Source of the DNA: Octopus vulgaris
Taxonomy: Eukaryota
NCBI GenBank assembly: GCA_951406725.2
Contig: OX597828.1
Coordinates: 56,668,001 to 56,732,000, forward strand
DNA: 64,000 nt
Direction of reading: 5' to 3'
Shown: positions 40,130-64,000 of the stretch, piece after piece
How positions within the stretch are numbered: position 1 is the first letter of the stretch
Layout: each line of letters starts with the position of its first letter
The notes under the pieces: model-generated
Databases searched by the model: none
Told to the model about the DNA's origin: nothing
The model's input: only the letters and a program-made list of their open reading frames with translations
Translations under genes and position numbers: made by a program

Positions 40130-40130
<1 letters not shown>
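39435..40130. mobile_element. Penelope-like fragment: GIY-YIG C-terminus on minus plus partially duplicated pLTR on plus
   Basis: Minus ILSTHPTDAMLRQVTEAVCIQEYKPTLNR* (39532-39640); direct repeat ~39648-39840 / ~40008-40125. Confidence 0.75.
39967..40047 (+). ncRNA. Hammerhead candidate with U3 and extended helix I (copies start at 46464 and 59031)
   Basis: ucgaagacc...UUGACGA-gagg(caauua)ccuu-GAAA-cua(11 nt)uag-UA-cucg-ggucuucga. Confidence 0.65.
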
Positions 40131-40169
<39 letters not shown>

Positions 40170-40264
40170 ATAATAATAAATATTAGGGAATAAATCCAAA
40201 TTTACAAGGAAAAATCAGATTTAGGACTGAATCCAATTTTATAGTAAAATATTATATAATATTA

Positions 40265-40594
40265 ATTAGAGACAAAACCATTATTATGCAAATCAAACAA
40301 GGAAAGATTTAATCATATACATAAAAAATTTATATAAATTAAATAAAATTAAATTCGCCACTACATTTGTTTCGTGTCTCTTCTAATGACATTCATCAGG
40401 TGGTATTCAGATCTTCTATTCAATTTTAACTTAAAATTGAATAGAAGATCTGAATACCACCTGATGAATGTCATTAGAAGAGACACGAAACAAATGTAGT
40501 GGCGAATTTAATTTTATTTAATTTATATAAATTTTTTATGTATATGATTAAATCTTTCCTTGTTTGATTTGCATAATAATGGTTTTGTCTCTAA

Positions 40595-40595
<1 letters not shown>
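40265..40595. repeat. 331-bp perfect palindrome of a pLTR-like repeat with two hammerheads (40358-40403 minus, 40457-40502 plus)
   Basis: 165-bp arms around a single C at 40430; copies centred at 46928 and 59510. Confidence 0.95.
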
Positions 40596-40658
<63 letters not shown>

Positions 40659-41035
40659 TGTATGAATATATATGTAAGAATATATATGTATGTGTATGTA
40701 TGTATTTGTACCTAAGTGTATATATATCTTTATTTATGTATCCACACAATACACAATAGATGTGCAATAAAAAATAACCATTACAAACTGTTTTGCAGTT
40801 TATACAGAAAAAGAAAAAACGTTGATAAATAACCGCTTGGAAAATAAAACACCTGGATCTCGAATAAGTCTAATAGAATATATCAAATATCAAATACGCA
40901 TGAACAGCAATAACAACAAAAAAGTAACCACTAAATCAACAAGAACAACAACAACGACAACTACAATAATAATAATGATAATAATATTAAAAATAATAGT
41001 AATAACAATTATTAACCATTAATTTTCATAATAAG

Positions 41036-41097
<62 letters not shown>

Positions 41098-41197
41098 TAA
41101 TAATAATAAGAAGAAGAAGGAGGAGGAGAAGAAGAAGAAGAAGAAGAAGAAGAAGAAGAAGAAGAAGAAGAAGAAGAAGAAGATGAAGAAGGAGAAG

Positions 41198-41740
41198 AAT
41201 AGCACTATACTGGCGGCGCAGGACCAAGCTCCGGCCAGGAATATGAGGGTCAACTTGAGGAAAGGGGCCGTGCCTCCGCTGTGCTGCATCCCCAATACAG
41301 TCAATGAAACCATTGCCCATATCATGAACGAATGGCATAGACTTGCCGAAACCACTACAAGTTGTAGCGACACGACCAGGTGGAAAATTGATACATTGGA
41401 AACTGTGCGAAAAGTGGGCTACAGAGAGGCAAGACGTGGTACGAGCACAAACTTCAGAGAGTGGCAGAGTCGGAGAATAGCAAAATCCTCTGGGATTTGC
41501 CAGTTCAAACTGATCAGGTGCTAGAGCATAACAAACCAAGTGGTGGTGGACAAGGTGCACCACATATGCTATATCGCTGATGTTGCATGCCTCTTTGACC
41601 CACCAATAATCAAGTAGGAAGGCGAAAAAGTATAAAGATGGAACCCTCTTAAGTATGACTATGGGAAATGAAGACCGTGACGATATTGCCAATTTTCGTT
41701 GCGTCTTGGAACCTTTTCAATAGTCGTTGACTACTGAAAA
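41198..41740 (+). mobile_element. R4/Dong-clade non-LTR 3' fragment (CCHC + restriction-like endonuclease), one per unit
   Basis: ILAAQDQA, C...ETIAHI..EC..LA, RHDQV, KILWD.PVQTD...HNKP, YIADVACLFD; directly follows (AAT)n(AAG)n. Confidence 0.8.
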
Positions 41741-41868
41741 GGCAGCAAGAGGCAACGAAAATTATAGAAAACTAAAAAGGAAATAAGTGGAGATTTTAGC
41801 GGTGAATGTGTTAAATTATAAGTTACCAAAAGGGAATAACTACCCAGACACAACTCTCTCTGTCTTTC

Positions 41869-41915
<47 letters not shown>

Positions 41916-41922
41916 TTATATA

Positions 41923-48494
<6,572 letters not shown>

Positions 48495-49866
48495 CACGAG
48501 GATCAGGTTAGTATGATTTTATTCAACATATGTTATCAAGCAAAAACAAGCATCTCATCTGTATTGAAAATATAAAATAGCTGCAAGTCTTATGCCACAT
48601 ATATTACATTTACCTGGCTCTGAACTGGTTACATTCATGTTTCATTTCAGCTACTGTGCCTCATTCTTATTACGTTGTAATTGTGTCACCTACTCTCATG
48701 ACATCACAGTTTGTATATAAATCATGCGTGCAAGAAACACGAATTCGTGTTTAGACACATAGAGATGGAATATTCTTAAACATTTCTCTGGATATATTTA
48801 GGTACAATGAAATTTGAATGCACTGGAATGAAAAACACAAACATGCACACACATACACACACACAAATACACACACGAACACGCACATACATATATTTTT
48901 GCGTGTGTATGTGTGTGTGCATGTATATGTATCTTTGTATGCATATACATATGTGTGTGTGTGTGTGCGTGCGTGCATGAGGACCTGAGCGTTAAATATG
49001 AATGCAAAGAAAAAAATATGGAACGGAAAAAAAGAAAGCTAGAGTCAGATTTGAAGAAAAGGTTTAGCCTTGGGCTTAAACAGATGGGAGTAGTAACAAT
49101 TCACGCGCTCGTGTTTCATTGGAAGTTGAACATTGGAGGATCACGCCTTCACATCCTGAATCCGCCCACAAGACGAACGCATTCCTACATAAGACTTCAA
49201 ATATTGTCCGATTTTTTCCTCTCAGCCACATTTCTCCCTTTTCCATTCTGTCAATCCACCTTAGCTCGACTCAACAAATATTCGTTGATGTCTCTAATTT
49301 TCCAGTACTCCTAGATACTGATAACAGAATGAAATACGCTTTTATCAGATGGTGCAACTATAAACTGATCTACAAAAACATATAAGAATGCGGATATATA
49401 GAAAGAAGCGGTTGCGTAGATGTATAGATTCGTAACGGTATGTATTTATGCATATATATATAGGAGCAGGAGTGGCTGTGTGGTAAGTAGCTTGCTAACC
49501 AACCACATGGTTCCGGGTTTAGTCCCACTGCGTGGCACCTTGGGCAAGTGCCTTCTGCTGTAGCCCCGGACCGACCAATGCCTTGTGAGTGGATTTGGTA
49601 GACGGAAACTGAAAGAAGCCTGTCGTATATATGTATATATATTTATATGTATGTGTGTGTTTGTGTGTCTGTGTTTGTTCCGCTAGCATTGCTTGACAAC
49701 CGATGCTAGTGTGTTTACGTCCCCGTCACTTAGCGGTTCGGCAAAAGATACCGATAGAATAAGTACTGGGCTTACAAAGAATAAGTCTCGGGGTCGAATT
49801 GCTCGACTAAAGGCGGTGCTCCAGCATGGCCGCAGTCAAATGACTGAAACAAGTAAAAGAGTAAGA

Positions 49867-49916
<50 letters not shown>

Positions 49917-50472
49917 GTATATAAGTATGTATGTATGTATGTGTGTATGTATTTGGAAATTATATAAAAAAACAAAAGTGAAGACGAAGATTGGTGCGTA
50001 AACAAGAAACGGATGTATTAGTTTAACGCTCGGGAAGTGAAGAAGTATTTTATGTTTCGAGGCTACGCTCTTCAACAGGAAAGGAACACAAGAACAAGCA
50101 CAGAGAAAAAAATAACACTGCTTAGTGTCGAGTGATCAATCATGGCGAATGCCGGAAAGAGGTGGTCAGACAGGAAAACTAGGAAGAAGGGGAGATTGTA
50201 ATCGGGCATGATTGAAAAACGGGAAGAAAAGAGAAAGAAAGGAGAGGAAGTAGAGAAAAAGGGGAGAGAGAAAAGCAAATAAAGACTCGTGGAGGCAAAA
50301 TTCAAAAGGTGTAGGGGAGAAAAAATTCAAAATGCGTGAGAAGAAAAATTACAATGAATGAGAGGAGAAGCAAAAATAAAAACAAGGAAAGAAAGAAGGA
50401 AGAAACAGAGAGGAAATGAGAAAAAAGGGAGGTAGAGAGATGCAAATTAACAATGTGAGATATATGTGTGTG

Positions 50473-50509
<37 letters not shown>

Positions 50510-50774
50510 GTACATATAATGTAATAAATAAAATATATGCATACATACAAACATATATGTGCGTACCGACATCTACATGTATATATACATGCATATATAA
50601 ATATATATACTTACAGGACACCACAAAAAGAGTAGAACTCAACAGAAACGAAAACGGAAAAGCCATTTTGTTACAACAGAAAACAGAGTCGTGGAACGGG
50701 ACGAAGACGAAAACGGGAAAAACATTATTTACAACAGAAAAACAAGGTACAGGACATGCTACACAAGGAAAAAT

Positions 50775-50847
50775 CCCCTTCGTTAGCTGTCACTAGTAGA
50801 CTTAGCGTGTTTCGAAGGCAAGACAGGACACGACTCGTCAATACTAG
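50775..50847 (-). ncRNA. Second-family non-circularly permuted hammerhead candidate (core G5A)
   Basis: cuagua...CGUG-UC-CUGUC-uugc-CUUC-GAAA-CACG-cuaaguc-uacuag-u-GACAG-CUAACGA-aGGGG. Confidence 0.7.
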
Positions 50848-51099
50848 GCCTTCCTGCGAGAGAATTAAAATAAAATAACCTCGCAGAGGGGTAAAACAAA
50901 CACGAAAAAAATGTAACGCAAAAGGGGCGTAACAATAGAACTGCACAATAAAATACAAGATAAAAATACATGTACAGAAATATGTATTTAAGCATGTATA
51001 TATCTATATGTACTGTATGTGTACGAGGGAGAGGCATTTGTATATATAAACATGCACATACACACTCGTACATTTATTCATATATATAGGTATATATAC

Positions 51100-51137
<38 letters not shown>

Positions 51138-51431
51138 GTGTATATATATATACATATATATATATACACACAAATATATCAAGTGATCACGTGACCGACC
51201 AGACCATCAGATGTTGCTACACATCGGTGGTCACAATGCGTTCGCGTTGTTTTGGCCTTTGAATGACACCACCCCGCTGGCTAAGCGAGCAGGCCAACAG
51301 AAGAAAGAGTGAGAGAAAGAGTGGTGAAAGAGTACAGCAGGGATCCCCCCTGCCGGAGCGTCGTGGAGCTTTTGGGTGTTTTCGCACAATAAGCCGCGAT
51401 CCGCTGCCCTAACCACTGGCCCATTGCGCCT

Positions 51432-51473
<42 letters not shown>

Positions 51474-51553
51474 TATATATATATGTATGTATATGTGTGT
51501 GTGTATGAATATATATGTATGTGTATGTATGTATTTGTACCTAAGTGTATATA

Positions 51554-53250
51554 CACTTGAGTCGGAAATTAATTAGCACTTCTCAAATTTCTACATTTTC
51601 TTACATTTTCTTAATTTAATTAACTTATCAGAAACGAACTCGTTTATAATCAAAAATTTATTAAAACATATCCCAGCACACCACATAATTGTTATTAATC
51701 GTGAAATTTAGTCAATATCTTGTTGCTCCTCCTTTGGCAGCAATGACAGCTGCTACGCGGGTCGGCATGCTGTCTATGAGTGCGTGCAGGGATGGCCCTC
51801 AATGCAGCAAGAAGTGCCCCAAACACCTTGTGTCGGTTCCTGTATTGCTGCACATTCAAATCCCTACCCAATCGACTCCAGAGCTTCTCAATAGGGTTCA
51901 GGTCAGGTGACTGGCCAGGCCAGTCCATGACCGTCACCCCATGTTCCTTGAAGAAACCGGTTGTGAGCTTGGCTGTGTGGGAAGGCACGTTGTCCTGCTG
52001 GAGCACGTACTCCTCGCCACCAAAGAGGTATCCCGTACTATCTCACCGTACTTGGCTGCGTTGATGTTGCCTTCGACGGCATAGAGCCGCGCAACTCCAC
52101 TGTAGCTGAACGCCCCTCACACCATCAGACCACCCCCACCATGCTTCATGGTGAGAGCAATGCAGTCTTTGTTGAAGCGCTCACCCCTGCGGCGTCGCAC
52201 ATGGACAGGCTTGTCACTGACGAGACTGAATCGCGACTCGTCAGTGAACATCACTGTCCACCACTGCTGCACGGTCCATGTCTTGTGGGCACGGGCCCAG
52301 AGCAGCCGCCTCTTCCAGTTTTGGGCTGTAAGGAGCGGCTTATGGGCGGCCCTACAGGATTTTAGACCAGCTTCCAGTAATCTGGTCTTGACGGTGGTTG
52401 TAAACAACTGCTTCCTTGTCGTCTTTTGCATCTCCTCCGCCAGTTGCTGGCTCGTTGCCCTTCGGTTGTACAGCGACTTTCGGATCAGCATCCGGTCCTC
52501 CCGCTGGGTCGTCAGCCTCTTCCGTCCCCTACCCTTTTTGTCAGCGGCTGATCCGGTTTCCTCGTATTTCTTAAATAAGCACTGAATTGTGCGCCTGGCT
52601 ACACCAAGTTTTCTGGCTATTGCAGCCTCCGACAGCTTCCCACGCCACGAGAGAGCCTCGTACTGTCTCTCCAAGGTCATGCGAGGTCTTGGGCCCATCT
52701 AGGAATGAACGATAAAAACCAGTTATTTTCATTAAAACTATTCATTTGAATAATGTTATGCTATAACAAAACTGCTATGAGTTATTATTCATTAAACAAA
52801 AAAGAAAGAAAGCAGAATTTCTCACCTTATTTGATGTATAACAGAAAGTTTTGTGAACCAGAAGTGACGTCATCAAGCAGAGTGTAGGAGAATTTGTGAG
52901 GAAAAAAAATCTTGCAAATACACAAATCAATTTACCTACGAGCTGTTCAAAACGTCTTACGCGATGAGAAAACTTAGTACGGTGTGATATCGGTCCTTGC
53001 GAGGCGCTACCTATATCTATTAAACAAAGGAAGATTTGTCTGCATCCGCACTCCAAGTTGTTGTTGCACTGCTATGTCAACATCATTAGGCTGTAGACTC
53101 TCAAACTGCTCTGCAAACAAAGTTACGTCATCGTTCTGCGCAACAGTGAACTCACAACAAAGCAATAGTTCGAGATATGGCCACTAGGTGACAGCAAATA
53201 CCTTGAGTGAAGAGAAAATCAAGGGTGCTAATTAATTTCTGATGGTAGTG
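51554..53250 (-). mobile_element. Full-length Tc1 (DD34E) transposon with a disrupted transposase
   Basis: TIRs CACT..GTCGGAAATTAATTAGCAC / GTGCTAATTAATTTCTGATGGTAGTG in a TA site; HTH, GRGRKR, FTDESRF, QQDN...SPDLNPIE with 34 residues between D and E; empty site in the other units. Confidence 0.95.
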
Positions 53251-53562
53251 TATATCTTTATTTATGTACCCACATAATACAAAATAGATGTGCAATACAC
53301 AATGCCCATTACAAATTGTCTTGCAGTATATACAGAAAAGAAAAAACGTTGATAAATAACCGCTGGGAAAATAAAACACCTGGATCTCGAATAAGTCTAA
53401 TAGAATATATCAAATATCAAATACGCATGAACAGCAATAACAACAAAAAAGTAACCACTAAATCAACAAGAACAACAACAACGACAACTACAATAATAAT
53501 AATGATAATAATATTAAAAATAATAGTAATAACAATTATTAACCATTAATTTTCATAATAAG

Positions 53563-53597
<35 letters not shown>

Positions 53598-54383
53598 TAA
53601 TAATAATAATAAGAAGAAGAAGAAGGAGGAGGAGAAGAAGAAGAAGAAGAAGAAGAAGAAGAAGAAGAAGAAGAAGAAGAAGAAGAAGAAGAAGAAGAAG
53701 AAGAAGAAGAAGAAGAAGAAGAAGAAGAATAGCACTATACTGGCGGCGCAGGACCAAGCTCCGGCCAGGAATATGAGGGTCAACTTGAGGAAAGGGGCCG
53801 TGCCTCCGCTGTGCTGCATCCCCAATACAGTCAATGAAACCATTGCCCATATCATGAACAAATGCCATAGACTTGCCGAAACCACTACAAGTTGTAGCGA
53901 CACGACCAGGTGGAAAATTGATACATTGGAAACTGTGCGAAAAGTGGGCTACAGAGAGGCAAGACGTGGTACGAGCACAAACTTCAGAGAGTGGCAGAGT
54001 CGGAGAATAGCAAAATCCTCTGGGATTTGCCAGTTCAAACTGATCAGGTGCTAGAGCATAACAAACCAAGTGGTGGTGGACAAGGTGCACCACATATGCT
54101 ATATCGCTGATGTTGCATGCCTCTTTGACCCACCAATAATCAAGTAGGAAGGCGAAAAAGTATAAAGATGGAACCCTCTTAAGTATGACTATGGGAAATG
54201 AAGACCGTGACGATATTGCCAATTTTCGTTGCGTCTTGGAACCTTTTCAATAGTCGTTGACTACTGAAAAGGCAGCAAGAGGTAACGAAAATTATAGAAA
54301 ACTAAAAAGGAAATAAGTGGAGATTTTAGCGGTGAATGTGTTAAATTATAAGTTACCAAAAGGGAATAACTACCCAGACACGA

Positions 54384-61090
<6,707 letters not shown>

Positions 61091-61092
61091 TA

Positions 61093-63406
61093 ATAGCATG
61101 TATGTGTATGTAGACAGGTAAAATTTCACCGACGATGTGGTACTTACCTCTTTGCTGTTAGATAAATGAATTAATCCTCAACAAAACACTTCTTTCCTCA
61201 GCTAAATATTTTCAGCTTTATACCAAGATTTTAGGAAGAATGGTAGATATTTATTTTTCTCAGATGAGATAAATAAATATGTAGCCAGGTACGGATGCAA
61301 GTATTTTGTCAGTATATCTCTCCCCATCTCTCTCTCTCTCTCTCACACACAGTAGTGTAGGAGAAAGAACGTTTTATTTTCTTAAACACACAAGATATAG
61401 TCTGTAAATTTAGCATGTGTTTAAAAGATACAATATTTTATCATCAGAATATATATTCTTTCTCACTCAACAATATATTTATTTTAAAGCGCTTCTTTGT
61501 AGAGAGAAGACTTTCATTTTTTCTCCTCCACTCACACAAAGATATGTTTGGGCGCGAAAATTTTTGTTTTAGCTTTTTCCTAAAACGCTGGTATATAGCT
61601 GTAAATGTTTGAGAGAGAAAGAGAGAGTGAGAGAGAGATAAAGAGAGAGAGAGAGAGAGAGAGAGAGTAACGACAGAGAAAGATGGAAGAAAGAGATCAG
61701 AAACATAAAAATAAGAACGCGCCATTTGCTGAGCTGTCTCCTAACTGTGATGTTGTCCTGTACCACCTTTGCATTTAAGTACTATGCTTGCATCAATGAA
61801 TTTTTTTGATGATGACGGAAAAAAATTTGAATTCTTTCAGAACCATGGTGTTCTGGCCACTACTGTGATATGTCCACGATATCGGAGTGAATGCATGAAC
61901 AGAAACAACCAACATGTCTGGCGTTGTAGATATGGATACACTATCGCCAAATCGAAAAAAAAAACATCGGTGTGGCTATTCTGTATCGGACTTTCATGGG
62001 TCCATTCTTCATTATTCACACATTCCTCCGTGGAAACTCGTGTTCAGCAACTTGTGTGGACTGAAGATCACGAAAAAGTAGCGTAGCTTCACTCACAGGA
62101 ACCGATCGACGGCGAGTCAATCGAAGTCGAGATTAATGTGTTCTTGATTGTAAGCCAAAAATACGGACGGGTCGTATTCTGAGCGAAGTTTAGTTGTTTG
62201 GTCGAATAGAGTGAGTCAGTAAGCGTCGATTTGTTGTGCCTCTTATTAACAAGCGTGAAAAAGCTCACTGGGTCCTCCGATCCAGGAATATGTTAAACCT
62301 GGCTTAGTTATTTATAGTGATTCTTGGGCTGCCTATAATGATCTAAGCAGTTTGGCTTACCACCATTTTAAGTGGTAAAACATTCTGAATTTTTTTTAGA
62401 TCAAACACACACACACATACACACACAAATCATTGAACTTTGTGGAGGGACATGATAGAGTAGATACGAAGGCCAGGTATCCAGTCAAAATATTTGCCTC
62501 AATACCTGACCAGATATTTATATATCTGGCCAGTTATTGAGAAAAATACCTGACCAGAAAACCCCCTCGGAGAAAAATAAATCTCTTTTACTCCACATAT
62601 TTTGTCGAGAGGCAGCCCAATTATAGTCCCCCACATTTTTTGACTAAATAAGCAGAATTCCAAGGGTGCTAATGCAGATTTGCACCTCTCCTAGAAAAAT
62701 GCATTTTTCTGAAAAACGTTTATATGGATTCCTAGGTTTTCAGAAAAATGTCCTTTTGAAGGGGAGGTTTGAATCTACACTAGCACTATCCCCAAATTCT
62801 CGTGATTTGAGTGGCTTCATCGAATACGATTTTCCGTCATCTTCATAAACTATATGGATGGGAAAAACAAAACTGACGTATATGACAGGTATGTAGAACA
62901 TATATATTTCTGTCCTTTCTGTTTATAGGTATAAGTCATCGAAATTGTTGTGCGTGCACACACAAACACAGAAATTCAACAGGCATTTGGCTGTTATTTT
63001 TAGAATACCGACATTTACAGTTTCAGTCAGTTTGGAGTTTTGATTGAAAATCTGAGATTTTAAAAAAATGTATATTCTTAATCTGCGTATCTTTCCACAT
63101 ACATTGAAAAAAAATTAATTTTGAAACGTTCAGCAGTAAATATGCAACTCTTACTCTCCCCCCCCCCACCCTCAGACACAAAGATATGTTTATTTCAGAT
63201 CGCTTCTCTGTAGAGAAGCAACTTTATTTTCTCTCTCTCCCCACTCAAACAAAAACTAGTTCTTTTCCCTAAAACGCTCGTATAAAGCTGAAAATATTTA
63301 GTCGAGGAAAAAAGTGTTTTGTTGAGAATTAATCCATTTATTTAACGGCAAAAAGAGTAGAACTTTGTCGGTGAATTTCACCTGTCTACATATACATACA
63401 CGCTAT
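61093..63406 (+). mobile_element. Decayed Merlin/IS1595(ISXO2)-like transposon with ~130-bp inverted ends
   Basis: FFQNHGVL....CP...C...WRC; VEI....KYGRGR; IQEYVKPG..IYSDSWAAY; HTQ.IE.LW; 61093-61223 inverted to ~63278-63406. Confidence 0.85.
62666..62786. mobile_element. Small MITE-like hairpin
   Basis: ~52-bp imperfect inverted arms GTGCTAATGCAGATT..CATTTTTCTGAAAAAC. Confidence 0.7.
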
Positions 63407-64000
63407 CACACACACACACACACACATTGTCTACCATATATATATATTTAATAACAAACCATGTAATTCAAACTGGAAAATTATTTCTATAAAATGTTGT
63501 GAGTGGGTAATATTTCCGAGGCTTCAACCTCACTCCGGTTTTCTGACCCAAAATGGGTTTTGTAGCCGATTAGGAGGTCACCGAAATTAATTCGACGAAA
63601 ATAAAATGTCCAATGATTCCGGAATGGAGTATCCGTCCTCCCACCCACACACACATTTTTTCCGAACGAAAATAAGGGATTTTCAGCATATTAGTAGGTC
63701 AGGGTACTTGATTCCACGCAAATAATTCGAGTTTTCTTTTTTTATTTCTTAATGAAAATCGTGCGGGTGAAAGGGTCAAAATTTTACCAAGAGTAAAGTA
63801 TGTTTATTGATTGACATTTGCATACTGTGTGACCATAATTTCTCGGCAAAAGTATTTGATAGGCTTAGAAATCATAAGGGTTTGGTAATCGAAATCGAAA
63901 CTCTGTAGCATCTCAAGACGATTGCCAATGATTGTAGGATCACTTGAAATGATGAAAAAAGGAACTGAAAATTATTTAAGAATGATCACTGACTTACCAT

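Larger units (their letters stand above)
35396..41922. repeat. Tandem array unit 1 (~6.53 kb)
   Basis: Begins TACACGAGGATCAGGTTAGTATG; recurs at 41923, 48493 and 54491. Confidence 0.97.

Noticed and set aside
41012-41692. 226-aa minus ORF repeated in each unit
   Set aside because: Antisense frame of the Dong fragment plus trinucleotide repeats
50793-50847. Canonical type-I reading using UUGACGA
   Set aside because: Helices II and III barely pair; the permuted reading explains far more base pairs
63490-64000. Possible start of another non-autonomous element
   Set aside because: No partner end or coding motif is visible within the window

Overview
Eukaryotic, AT-rich, microsatellite-dense DNA. 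The SINE and microsatellite style suggests an octopus or other cephalopod genome (inference). I found no intact host protein-coding gene; most ORF-track entries are translated microsatellites or TE antisense frames. The window holds three abundant SINE-type families plus a fourth tRNA-headed element, fragments of L1/Tx1, CR1-group, R4/Dong, Penelope-like (PLE), Gypsy, mariner, Tc1, Merlin/ISXO2 and Helitron elements, a near-intact CR1-group ORF2 (31.9-34.85 kb), a candidate minus-strand promoter and first exon near 16.1 kb, and a 4-copy ~6.5-kb tandem array (35.4-61.1 kb). The main hidden signal is a dense set of hammerhead-ribozyme (HHR) motifs in about 10 unrelated short elements, mostly inserted in (TA)n tracts. 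Two unrelated families have the three HHR strands in a non-circularly permuted (pseudoknotted) order. Other cases include a G3:C8 core-swap variant, a tRNA-headed SINE carrying an HHR, and a 331-bp perfect palindrome with two HHRs. All structures were folded by eye and none is tested. TE boundaries are approximate.
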